Positions 19,278-29,587 of a stretch of 64,000 nt of DNA are shown here, one piece after another. This DNA is from an uncultured beta proteobacterium (lineage in GTDB: Bacteria; Pseudomonadota; Gammaproteobacteria; Burkholderiales; Casimicrobiaceae). The notes beneath the pieces were generated by a model. It saw only the letters and a list, made by a program, of their open reading frames with translations. It was not told the DNA's origin and ran no database searches. The stretch is from assembly GCA_963749795.1 (NCBI GenBank), contig CAVVOR010000001.1, positions 87,957-151,956 on the forward strand. The letters are read 5' to 3'. Numbering within the stretch: the stretch's first letter is position 1; every line of letters starts with the position of its first letter. The position numbers and the translations under genes were made by a program.

Positions 19278-20595
19278 TTGGCGTGCGGTAGGTCCGCCGG
19301 CAGGCGGGTCGAGCTGCATCTGATTATCGCGTTCTGTTTGATGCGCCAAGGACATCACTCCGAAGCCCTACCCGAGCTTGAGAATGCGGCTCAGGCTGCC
19401 GGCCCCCTTGGCGCGGACTCCGAAAAAACGTGTCGCGTCGATGCGTGGCGTGCCGAACTCGCCTACTTTCAAGGCCGCTACTCGGACGCAAGCCAAATGC
19501 TCGATCGCTTGCTGCGACGCTTGGAGCAAAACTGCGATTGGGGGTATGTCGCCTTTGCGCTGCGTATACGTATCGCGATCCTTCTTGCACGCGCCGATTA
19601 TGAGGGCGCCTTAGCGCTGGCCGAGCGAGCAATCCAGGTTGCGGAGACGAGCGGAGACGACGACGTCATCGTCCAGATTCTCAACGTCCTTGGCGCGGTC
19701 TATTTTGATCGTGCCACCTCGAAACGAACGCGCCTCACGCGCGGGCTCACCTGACGTCTCTCGATGCGCGGGACGTAGTTCCCATGGGAGACCGACGCCC
19801 GCGATGCGCTTCATTGTTTTCAACGTGCACGCGCCGTCGCCGAGCGCGCGCACTACGACTTCGCGGCGTGGTACGTGGCGGGCAATATCGAACGACTGGA
19901 GATTGTCCTGGGCCACGCAGACCGCGCCATTCGCCCTATTCGGACGACGCCTCAAGGCACTGCAGGCGCGCGGCGCGACCTACGATGAAATCGTGGCGCG
20001 CTGAATCTCGCTTGGGCGCTGCGAACCCTGGGTCGTCACCAGGAGGCATTGCACGAACTCGAGGTCGCCCTCAAAGTTGCTCGCGATACAGGAACGTTCA
20101 ACGTCCTGCTCGAGTTCCTCGAGTATGACCACTCGATCGTTCTCGATGCCTTGGGCGAATCGCGGGCGCGTGCGCAAGCTAACGCATTATAAGCAGTTGG
20201 TGGACGCTTGCAACGGAAAATTACGGGATTCTCCAAACGCCGAGCATTCACCGTCGGCCAAGCGCCCGCTCGAACCTTTCTTTCTCAAGCGAGCGGATCG
20301 CTTCATTCTGGAACACCTGGGCGACGCATTCACGGTGCCAGATCTGGCAAGGCACTGTGGGGTGAGCTGGCGAACGCTGGAGGGGGCGTTCAATGCTTTT
20401 CGCGGTCTCGCGCCCGTAACCCATGTACGTAACGTTCGACTCGACCGTGCCCACCTCGCGCTCGCTGATACACACGATAGCGTTGCCGAAATCGCCTCGC
20501 GTTATGGCTTTCGTAGCTCCACCACATTTGCGCTTGAGTATCGGAAACGCTTTGGACGGGCACCCAGGCACGCCAGACGGATGGTTCGGGGCTAG
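19278..20595 (+). pseudogene. AraC-family regulator with TPR-like N-terminal region, multiply frameshifted
   Basis: C-terminal AraC HTH (..VAEIASRYGFRSSTTFALEYRKRFGRAP..) in frame 1. Helical-repeat segments (..ALALAERAIQVAETSGDD.., ..NLAWALRTLGRHQEALHELEVALKVARDTG..) sit in other frames with internal stops. May begin further upstream (about 19110). Confidence 0.65.
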
Positions 20596-20726
20596 TGCGA
20601 TCGTGCTTGGAAAGTCACCCGCGCACTGAAGTCCATCTCGGTATTGAAGTACGTCGCGAGTGACCAGAATCGACCGGCTATTTCGGGTCGAAAGCGCCGT
20701 CGGACGGCTGCTTTTGGCAGCCTACC

Positions 20727-22376
20727 CTAAGGTCCGCTCTTGGCCGAACGCGCGCATGCTGAGGCGCGATCGTGCGCGAGCCGCTCGACAATCGTCTCGC
20801 GTAATTGACGCTTGAGAATCTTTCCGACCGGGCTCACCGGTAGTTCGTGGAACAATTCCAGCCGCTCCGGCAGCTTGAACGAAGCGATCTGCCTTTCGCG
20901 CAGAAACGAGATCAGGTCGGCGAAGGCCAGCGTTTCGCCGGGCAGTGTGACCACGCACGCACAGGCTTTCTCACCGAACACGGGGTCGGGCATGCCGACC
21001 AGCACCGCGGACTTGACGCTCGGATGTCCGAGCATGAGGCTCTCGATCTCCTCGCAGCTGATCTTCTCGCCGCCGCGGTTGATCATGTCCTTGCGCCGAC
21101 CCTCGGTGTAGAGGTAACGGCCGCGGCGCCGGACAATGTCGCCCATCCGGTACCAGCCCCCGGGCAGGAAGGCCTCGGCGTTCTTGTCGGGTGCGTTGTA
21201 GTAGCCGCGGATCGTGTAGGGGCCGCGGGTGACGAGCTCTCCTGCTTCGCCGTCGGCTACTTCGCCACCGGCGTCGTCGACGACCATGATCTCGTCCTCG
21301 TCGCATACCGGCGTGCCCGAACTTTCGAGCAGCAGCTCGTCCGGATCGCCGAGACGAGTCATGTTGATGAGACCCTCGGCCGTACCGTAGATTTCCTGCG
21401 GCGTGCAGCCGAGTTGCTGGCGGAGGCGGCGCCGCAACTCCGGCGCAAGGCGCGCCCCACCGTTCTGCACGACCGCGAGCGATGACAGATCGTATGCTGA
21501 TAATGCTTCGGAGTTCAGCCACGTCGTGATCAGCGGCACGACCGCGGCGATCACCGTGACCCGCTCCCGCTGCACCAGCGAGAAGACTTCGTCGACGCTC
21601 GTGCCGGGTGCGATCACGACCGTACCGCCATAGTAGAACGCACCCAGCATGCCCGGCGATGCCAGGTTGTAGTTATGCCCCAACGGCAGGATGGCCATGA
21701 ACACCGTGCGGTCGGAGAAGCCCCCCGCGGCGCCGCACAGGCGTGCGTTGAGCACGTAATCGTCGTGTGTGCGCGGGATCAGCTTCGAAAGCGACGTCGT
21801 GCCGCCCGACAGAAGCATCGTCGATACGTCGGCGGGCCGGGGCCCATTCGCCGGAGCCGGCGCATCGGGCAGGCTGGCCAGCGCCAATTGGCCTGGCGCC
21901 GGTTCGCCGGCCACGAGCACATGCTTCAGCGCGGGGAACTCGGCCTGCATTTCCCGAGCCATGACTCGGAAGTCAAAGCCACCCGCGACATCGGGTATCA
22001 GATAGGCCGTTGCACCGGATGCGCGCAGGAAATGCCGCACCTCGGCTTGGCGATGCGCGCGCAGAGCCATCACCGGAATGACTCCGATCATGTTGACCGC
22101 GAGGTAGCTGACGACGAACTCAATGGTGTTCGGCAATTGCATTAGCACGAGATCGCCGGACCGCAGGCCAAGACCGGCGAGACGGGCGGCGCGGTCCTTC
22201 GAGCGTGCGAGCAGTTCGCTGTAGGTCAGACGCTGCTCCGCCTGCACTAGGGCGAGCTTATCCGGCGAGCGACGCGCGGTACGCGCAAACATCTCACCGA
22301 TGGTCAGCCCTTCCCACAGTCCGCTCGCACGATAGTGCGCTGCGACATCCTCCGGCCAGCCCACAAAGCCTTCCAT
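20727..22376 (-). CDS. aryl-acid (2,3-dihydroxybenzoate/salicylate)-AMP ligase, DhbE/EntE-like
   Basis: Close end-to-end resemblance to DhbE as I recall it: WPEDVAAHYRASGLWEG.., LLSGGTTSLSKLIPRTHDDY, GPYTIRGYY, INRGGEKIS. Start moved to MEGFVGWPED.. at 22376. Confidence 0.85.
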   Translation of the reverse strand: MEGFVGWPEDVAAHYRASGLWEGLTIGEMFARTARRSPDKLALVQAEQRLTYSELLARSKDRAARLAGLGLRSGDLVLMQLPNTIEFVVSYLAVNMIGVIPVMALRAHRQAEVRHFLRASGATAYLIPDVAGGFDFRVMAREMQAEFPALKHVLVAGEPAPGQLALASLPDAPAPANGPRPADVSTMLLSGGTTSLSKLIPRTHDDYVLNARLCGAAGGFSDRTVFMAILPLGHNYNLASPGMLGAFYYGGTVVIAPGTSVDEVFSLVQRERVTVIAAVVPLITTWLNSEALSAYDLSSLAVVQNGGARLAPELRRRLRQQLGCTPQEIYGTAEGLINMTRLGDPDELLLESSGTPVCDEDEIMVVDDAGGEVADGEAGELVTRGPYTIRGYYNAPDKNAEAFLPGGWYRMGDIVRRRGRYLYTEGRRKDMINRGGEKISCEEIESLMLGHPSVKSAVLVGMPDPVFGEKACACVVTLPGETLAFADLISFLRERQIASFKLPERLELFHELPVSPVGKILKRQLRETIVERLAHDRASACARSAKSGP

Positions 22377-22464
22377 GGCACTCGTCTCCCGTGCTCTCAG
22401 CGTACGGCGGATGAAGGCACTTCGTGGATTCCCTGCTTGCGCCGCATGATCACGATGGCTTCCT

Positions 22465-23610
22465 TCAGGCAAGGACGTCCGGGTGCAACGCCTCATAGGC
22501 GGCCGCCAGCTTCGGATCCCGACGTCTGACTTCAGCGTGATCGACACGACCGGTGCGCGTCATGTAACTGTGAGCAAACTCCACCGGCCTGAGCGCCTGG
22601 ACGAGACCGTCCATGTCCTCATACCAGCGCAGGCTCGCGTTCGCCGCTTCCCAGATCTTCCTCATCGGTGGCAGGCGCTCTTGCTGAAACAACGCCAGCG
22701 CGCCGGGGACGTCTTTCGACCCGACTTCCCTGAAGGCCTTGAACAAGGCGACGGAATCCTCCATCGCCAAGCGTGTGCCCGAGCCGATCGAGAAGTGCGC
22801 AGTGCGCAGCGCATCGCCCAGCAGCACGACATTCTCGAAGCTCCAGCGCTCGTTCCAGATCACCGGGAAATTGCGCCACTGCGAATTGTTCGAGATGATC
22901 CGATGCCCATCCAAGTCCTTTGCGAAGACTCGCTCGCAATAGCGGATCGTTTCGTCAGGGCTCATGGACTCGAAGCCTGCGCGCTTCCAGGTGGCGGCTT
23001 CGACCTCGACCAGGAACGTGCTGCGGTCGGGATGGTAACGGTAGTGATGCGCGCAGAAAACGCCGAGGTCCGTCTCGCGAAATGTTAGCGTCAGGCTGTC
23101 GAAGGCCTTGGTGCTGCCGTACCAGATGAATTTGTTGTGGCCCCAGTCCGTCGTGGTGCCGAACCTGTCCTCGTTCTCGCTGCGGATCCACGAAAATGCT
23201 CCGTTCGCCCCGACGACGAGATCAGCTTCGCCCAACTGTGCCAACGTCGTGATGTCCGCGCCGAAATGCAGCTTCACGCCGAGCCGCTCGACATAGTCGT
23301 ACAGAAGCGTCAGCAACTCGAGGCGGCCGATGGAGGCGAACCCGTTGCCGGCGATCGGAATCGCCGTGTCGTTATGGACGATGGTGATGTTTGGCCAGTT
23401 TTCCAGATGCGGCGTCAAGTACTGGTACAGCGCCTCGTCGTCGGCCCGCAGGAACTCCAGCGCGCGGTCGGAGAACACCACGCCAAAGCCCCAGGTAGCA
23501 TCGCGCGCGTTGCGATCGAAGATCGCGATGTCGTGCGACGGGTCAAGGCGCTTCATCAGTGCCGCGAAGTACAAGCCAGCCGGGCCCGCACCCAGGATCC
23601 GGATCTTCAT
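22465..23610 (-). CDS. FAD-dependent monooxygenase resembling the N-terminal half of salicylyl-CoA 5-hydroxylase / 2-aminobenzoyl-CoA monooxygenase
   Basis: MKIRILGAGPAGLYFAALMKRLDP..WGFGVVFSDRALEFL pattern. 381 aa, no OYE-like reductase half. Confidence 0.8.
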   Translation of the reverse strand: MKIRILGAGPAGLYFAALMKRLDPSHDIAIFDRNARDATWGFGVVFSDRALEFLRADDEALYQYLTPHLENWPNITIVHNDTAIPIAGNGFASIGRLELLTLLYDYVERLGVKLHFGADITTLAQLGEADLVVGANGAFSWIRSENEDRFGTTTDWGHNKFIWYGSTKAFDSLTLTFRETDLGVFCAHHYRYHPDRSTFLVEVEAATWKRAGFESMSPDETIRYCERVFAKDLDGHRIISNNSQWRNFPVIWNERWSFENVVLLGDALRTAHFSIGSGTRLAMEDSVALFKAFREVGSKDVPGALALFQQERLPPMRKIWEAANASLRWYEDMDGLVQALRPVEFAHSYMTRTGRVDHAEVRRRDPKLAAAYEALHPDVLA

Positions 23611-23628
23611 CAGCGGTCCGGACCTAAC

Positions 23629-25585
23629 TCAGAGACAACGCAGCGACGGATCACGCACGAAGCGCAGGTAGGAGCGCACCTTGCGGAAGCCGCCTTGGTC
23701 CGCGAACATGCGCTCTGCCTCCTCGTCCGAGATGAAAGGCAGAACCACTGTGTCATCTCCCGGCTGCCAGTTCGCCGGCGTGGCCACGCGATACTTCGCC
23801 GAGAGCTGCAAGGCATCCAGGATGCGCAGGATCTCATTGAAGTTGCGGCCGATGAAGGCCGGGTAAGAGAGGATCAACTCGACTCGCTTCGACGGCGAGA
23901 TGATGAACACACAGCGCACTGTCATCGTCTCGCCCAAGCCGGTCCCGTGGCGGAACGTGGTGGGGTCGAGCATGCCGAAGAGCATCGACACGCGACGATC
24001 CTTGTCTGCGATGATCGGGAAGTTCACCTGCGTGTGTTGCGTCTCGTTGATGTCCGCGATCCAGCGTGCATGGTCCTCGGCGCTGTCAACGCTCAGACCG
24101 ATAACTTTGGTGTTGCGTATGCTCCACTCGTGGTGGAGCTTGGCGGTCATGCCGAACTCGGTCGTGCATACCGGCGTGAAGTCGGCAGGGTGCGAGAAAA
24201 AAACACACCATGAATCGCCGATGAACTCGTGGAAGTTGATTGGACCCATACTGGTCTCGGCGGTGAAGTCGGGGACACTGTCGCCGATGCGGATGTAGCC
24301 CTGCTTCTTCAACTGTTCCCGCGTCTTGGTGAACACGCCGTCCGGTCCCAAATACTTGTACTCGAACGCCTTGTGTCCCACCTCGTCGAGGTCCGGCAGC
24401 AGGGTCTCGTACTCGTGGTCGAGCAACTTCACAGTCCGCTTCTTCACCGAGCCGGCAAACGCGAACGTCCCGTCGGGTTTGCGGATCAGCGGCAGATCGA
24501 AGCGGAACGAGCTATCGGCCAGAAAGTCCTCCTCGTCGCTGGTGTTCGGTCGCTGCTGGATCTTGTTGCGGTGGGGGAACCGGCCGAAGCGCTTTATCAC
24601 CGCGACATGTCGGTGAAAGATTTCGTGGAAGACGTTCAGCGGGTCATCTGGCGCGAGACCTTCCATCGCACGTTCCCACTCCTCCATGCACAAAAGCTGA
24701 TCGTCCAGCACTTCGGAGTGGGTCAGCGCCAGGCAGAGGAAGACGCGCTCGATCGGGCGCAGGCGCGCGCCCACGCCGACGCGCAGCCCACGCTTTACCA
24801 GGCGCTGACAGTGAGCGTCGCAGGCATACATCCGGGGCGTGTCGCGGTACATGTTGCGGGTGAATTGGTCGAGCATGATCACCAGTGCCACTAACAGGCG
24901 CGGGTGTTCGACATTCAGGGCCCAGTGATCGTACTGACCCGTGGATGCCAGAGCCACGTCGGTGCCGAACCGATTCAGGATGTCCTGGTCCGTCTGCTCG
25001 GACTTGCCGAACCAGAGATTCAGGCATTCTTCGATATTCGGGCGCACCATGTATTGCAGGACTCGTTCAGCCTTGTCGATCTCCGCCGTCGCCAGCTGTA
25101 TGCGGTCGGTCTTGAGCAGCATGCGCAGCTCGTTCCCAAGTCCGTCCAGGTCCGCTCCAGAGAGTGTGTCGCGCTCTTCCAGGCCGGCGAGGATCACCTG
25201 CAGGCTTTGCTGGATACGCTGGCCCAGCACTTCGGCCGGTGCGATGGACAGCAAATGGTTCATTTCGCGAACCTTCCGCACGAGACTCCCCATGAACGTG
25301 ATCGCCCGCTGCGGATCGTTTTGCATCAATGGGATGAACTCGTCGTAAGTGGTTGCCACGCATTCGGCATCGGTTACTGCCTTGACCGTGGCTGATCGCG
25401 GACCCGGCTCGATCAGCGCCATTTCACCGAACACGTCGCCAGCGACGAGGGTTGCGACGGTTTTGGCTTTCGTCTCCTTGCCGACGCTGACCTGGACCGA
25501 GCCGGAGACGACGAGGAACGCAGTGTTGCCGTCTTCCCCCTCGAGAAATAATCGTGTCGCCGGCCTTAAGCTTGATGGTCTGCAT
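23629..25585 (-). CDS. three-domain fusion: cyclic-nucleotide-binding domain - DUF924 - 1-Cys peroxiredoxin (one extra base near the 5' end)
   Basis: cNMP motif FGEMALIEPGPRSATVKAV. DUF924 motifs WFGKSEQTDQDILNRFG and RFGRFPHRNKIQQRPNTSDEE. Prx motif FSHPADFTPVCTTE. ATG at 25585 with GAGGTGA RBS; frame broken at the C5 run 25536-25540. Length is 1 mod 3. Confidence 0.75.
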
Positions 25586-25696
25586 TGATCTCACCTCGAA
25601 ATCCAGGTTGCATGGGTACGCTCTTTCTTCGGGCCAGGCTTGGAAAAGATCAAGGTTCTGCGCAGATTCATGCGCGACGCCAGCTACGGGATGAAA

Positions 25697-26660
25697 CTAG
25701 AACTTCAAGTTCGACTCTGCAATGATCTTGGCCGCACCGTTCAAGTCGCGCTCGATGAAGTCGAACGTCCAGGTTGAGGCGCAGAACCGTAAGTCCGATT
25801 TCGCGCAGCCTGTCGCTGACGCCTGGGCTCGCCAGCACTTCCTGCATTGCGCGATGCAGTGGCACCACGAGCGAATCCGGCGTCCGCCCGAAACGAACAG
25901 ACCAAGCCAGATATCGTAGTCGAATCCCGGATAACCCTGCTCCTCCATCGTCGGCGCATTTGCAAACTGTGGCGTGCGCTGAGCGGATGTCGCGCCAAGG
26001 ATCTTCACCTTGCCGGCCGCGACAAGAGGTCGCGCTGCAGTTATGTCCAGAATGCCCAACGGTATATCACCGGCGGCTATCGCCACGGCAACTTGCGCCG
26101 TGCCCTTGTATTGCACGTGAGTCACCTCGACGCTGTTGAGCTTCCCGATCTGTTCCGCGATGAAGTGCGATGGCGCGCCGGTTCCCGCCGACCCGATGAA
26201 CAGCGGCTGTCGCGAAAAATCGCCGGCCGCCAGGAACTGGCGGACGTCGTCGCCCTTCGCTAGCGCGTTGGCAGCGATGAGGTAGGGTTGGGCTCCGATC
26301 AGGCTGACTAACTTCAAATCCTTGTCCGGGGAAAAGGTCAGGACCGCGGCCTGCGTGCGCGGAAAGAGCGTGAACAGCACCGAGTAACCCAGGACCGACG
26401 TTTCGCCGTTCGGTTCGCTGTCGATCACGCGGCGCACCCCGGGGATTCCGTTGCCACCCGGGAAATTCTCCACGATCCAGGTCTGTCCGAGAGCACGCCC
26501 CAATTCTTCGGCCAGGACCCGTGCGATCGCATCGGTCGACCCTCCGGCGGGTAGGGAGAGATATCCTAAGGTGGGACGGTCGGCGCGCGCGCGTGCGCGA
26601 ACGGACCAAGCGCTCCCAGCGCCGCCAGGAACGCATTGAGCAGCCGGCGTCTCGGAATAT
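25697..26660 (-). pseudogene. Bug/TctC-family substrate-binding protein with at least 3 frame breaks
   Basis: Signal peptide (PRRRLLNAFLAALGALGPFAHA) is in a different frame from the mature part (DRPTLGYLSLPAGGSTD..), with the break in a CG-repeat near 26580. Two compensating shifts near 25875 and 25770. No canonical start codon found. Confidence 0.7.
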
Positions 26661-26669
26661 TCGGGAAGG

Positions 26670-28173
26670 TTATGGTGGGGCTCGCCGTGAAGGGTTTGTT
26701 GCAAGACGCCTCTCGAAATCGGCACTCAATTCGTTGCGCTTGGGTTTTCCCATCTCGGTCCTCGGAATCGATGCCAGTCTTACAATCTGCTTGGGCGCGT
26801 GCAAACCCAGTTGCCCCCGGCAGAATGCCAGCAGCGCTGCCTCCGTCACACCGTCACTGTCGGCAATCGCCAGGATTGGAATATCCCCGTAGGCCAAGGA
26901 CCTTACCGCAAACGCCACGGCTTCGTTCACGCCCGGGAAGAACTTGTTTTTCTCAATTTCGGCCGCAAAGACATTGGTGCCGGCCAGAATCATCATGTCG
27001 TCGCTGCGACCGAGGAAGGCCAGCCTGCCGTCGGACGAGACCACTCCCTCATCTCCGGGATAGAACCAGCTGTTGCGGAAATGTTTTCGGTTTGCGATTT
27101 CATCGTCAAGGTAACTGTGGACGATCATTGGCGTCCGCATGCGGATGATGCCGGGTGTTCCGGCGGGGAGGACTTGATCCGCAGGGGAAACGATCTGCAG
27201 TTCTACGCCGGGGAGGGGGGAGCGACCGAGTCTTCGTTGGCCGTGCGGTCGATGGCGCGTGGCCACCGTGGCGGTGCCGACCTCGGTCGAACCGTACCGG
27301 ATGTTGGTCTGTGACCGCAGCACGCCGAACGCATCGGTCGAAAAGCGATGACGAAACGGTCGATCCGGCGAGATCGATCCGGATGTGATCCAGCACCGGG
27401 AACGGCCCCGGGAGGGCTTCGGCTTGCACGAGCAGCGCTTCCGCACTGTGGGTGAACATTTGGATTTCGGTGCAGGCGTTCCGCGCGCATGTCTGGAGGA
27501 TGTCCGAATTGCGCAGCGTCGAAGACAGGACCGACGTCGCACCAAAGAGCAAGTCGATGAAAGCCCGGCCCTTCGGTGCGTTGTTTTCGATGGAGGACAG
27601 GAGCAGCACCACGCGGGGAGGGACCGAGTGCTCGTACCTGCGGTCGAGGAGGTTGCGCTGGCGGAAAGGCATTAGCTTGGGCCTGCCGGTACTGCCGGAG
27701 TTGGCGAAGATGACCAGGCTCTTCTCATGCGCGGCGACCGGGACATCGCAGCGTCCTTCCGCAATCGCCGTCGCGGCCACGGCCCGCGCATCGAGCACGA
27801 TGGCGCCTGCGTCGGGAACCACGGTCGAATCGCCCTCGCAACATGCCAGCGGATCTTCAGCCGCCGAGCCGTGAGGATGCTCGCAGGCATGGGATCGTTA
27901 GTCGCGAGGCAAACCTGCGAGCAAGCAAGCTCGATAAGCCAGCGAGACCAGGAGGTGGTCGTATTCGTGCCTGACCGTAATGCCGGCAAGATCACCCGCG
28001 CGCACACCCGAATTCCGGAGCCACTGCGCCATGCGCAGGACGTCGGTCCAAAGCTCCGCGTAGGAAATACGCTCGTTGGCGTGGATGACAGCAGCGGTGC
28101 CGGGAATCGTCGCGGCGTGGCGAGCAACGACGTCGGTGAGGCACCGGTGTTCCTGGGAGGGTTGTGCGCTCAC
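26670..28173 (-). pseudogene. acyl-CoA synthetase (AMP-binding family) with an in-frame TAA and a frameshift
   Basis: ANSGSTGRPK P-loop motif. The ORFs 27898..28173 and 27106..27822 are in the same frame, separated by TAA at 27898-27900. A further shift near 27340-27400 leads into ORF 26670..27545 (..WFYPGDEG..GRSDDMMILAGTNV..). Confidence 0.75.
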
Positions 28174-28290
28174 TGTGCTCAGATTTGCCCGGTTTGGCGA
28201 GCCAAAGATATATCATGTGGCCTGCAGTGATGCGGGCCGTTCTATTTTCACTTCGCAATTAGCGTTTCGCTTGGAGCGAGCTAAATGCCG

Positions 28291-29328
28291 TTACGCCAAC
28301 TTGAATTTTAGCGATCCCAGCTTCTCGATCGTACTCACGATTTCATCGCCGGCCTTCAGCCATACTTGCTTGTCTTTGGGATATCCGAGAATGACGCCCT
28401 GAGGCGTCCCCGACCAAATGATGTCACCGGGCTCCAGCGTCCACATCTTGGTAATGTAGGCGATCAGCTTTTGGGGATTGAAAATCATGAGACTGGTATT
28501 GGACGATTGACGTTCCTCCCCATTCACATGAGTCTCGATCTTCAAGTTGTTGGGGTCGCCGAGGACGTCCGCCGACACAAAGTAAGGCCCAATCGGGCCG
28601 AAGCTATCGAGCGTCTTCCCGACCATCCATTGAACGTTCGGCGTTTCCAACTGCAGATCGCGTGCGGAGAAGTCTTGCGAAGTGCAATAGCCTGCGACAT
28701 AGTTCAGAGCGTCGGCTTCAGACACGTTGCGAGCTCTCTTTCCAATGACGATCAGGAGCTCCGTTTCGTAGTCGAACTTATATGCAACTTCCCTGGGCGG
28801 CAACTTGATCGTGCAATTGTGCGCAGCGAGCGCGTTGTTGTACTTGTTGAACAAAATCGGCACGCTCGGGAGCTTTTCATTCGTTTCCTGAACGTGGGCC
28901 CGGTAATTCAGCCCGATACAGACGATCTTGCCTGGATTCGTGAATAGCCTGCCGAAGGTAATCGATGATTCGTTGACCATCGCAGTCTTGGCCTTGGGTG
29001 AGGTCTTCGCGGCAGCAACGAGTTTATTGAGTCCCTTGGCGTTACCTTCCATGAGCAATTCCTCGAGCGTCACCGGGGCCGCGATGCCGAGCAAATGGGA
29101 GGCTTTGCGCACATCCAGTACGGCACCGTTGTCCAGTTTGACGCCCAGAGTTTCCGATCCATCGGGATTTTGCATCGATAGAAGGGTGACGTTGGTCGGC
29201 ATCTCGTGAGGGCCGCTGTATTTCTTGACCGTTGCACTCTTATCGACCGAGGTCGATGCGGTCGCTGCTCCGGCAATACCCGCCGTCACGGCGCCTGCTG
29301 TCTTTAAGAAGGTTCGTCTGGAAGACAT
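28291..29328 (-). CDS. fumarylacetoacetate hydrolase (FAH) family protein with twin-arginine signal peptide
   Basis: MSSRRTFLKTAGAVTAGIAGAATA matches the S-R-R-x-F-L-K Tat consensus. FAH core: GLNYRAHVQE, FDYETELLIVIGK, SGTPQGV. Confidence 0.85.
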   Translation of the reverse strand: MSSRRTFLKTAGAVTAGIAGAATASTSVDKSATVKKYSGPHEMPTNVTLLSMQNPDGSETLGVKLDNGAVLDVRKASHLLGIAAPVTLEELLMEGNAKGLNKLVAAAKTSPKAKTAMVNESSITFGRLFTNPGKIVCIGLNYRAHVQETNEKLPSVPILFNKYNNALAAHNCTIKLPPREVAYKFDYETELLIVIGKRARNVSEADALNYVAGYCTSQDFSARDLQLETPNVQWMVGKTLDSFGPIGPYFVSADVLGDPNNLKIETHVNGEERQSSNTSLMIFNPQKLIAYITKMWTLEPGDIIWSGTPQGVILGYPKDKQVWLKAGDEIVSTIEKLGSLKFKLA

Positions 29329-29587
29329 GTGTGTTACCTCCGGGTCATGTCGATTTTTGCCCGACTACTGGTCGAGTCCTGCATGTCGGCAGGGCAACGG
29401 TGGCTCCCTGGAATACTCTACGTGCCAGCCGCGTTCCAATGATATTCCATCGCCAGCGACAGTTCATGGTTCGAGCCCAATCAGGGAATATCAGGGAATC
29501 GCATCGACCAAGGGCATGATTGGCGAGATGAACAGGCTGCCCGAGCGATGGCCGTCTGGCAAATGCCTCCAGTACCGTTACGGGACG

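Noticed and set aside
22377-22547. 57-codon N-terminal extension of the aryl-AMP ligase. Similar extensions occur on tupC (to 44172), the ferritin-like gene (to 50913), the MEDS-AraC gene (to 30691) and the membrane protein (to 42449).
   Set aside because: The extensions are Arg-rich and overlap upstream genes. Conserved family N-termini begin at internal Met codons, several of which form ATGA overlaps or have RBS motifs.
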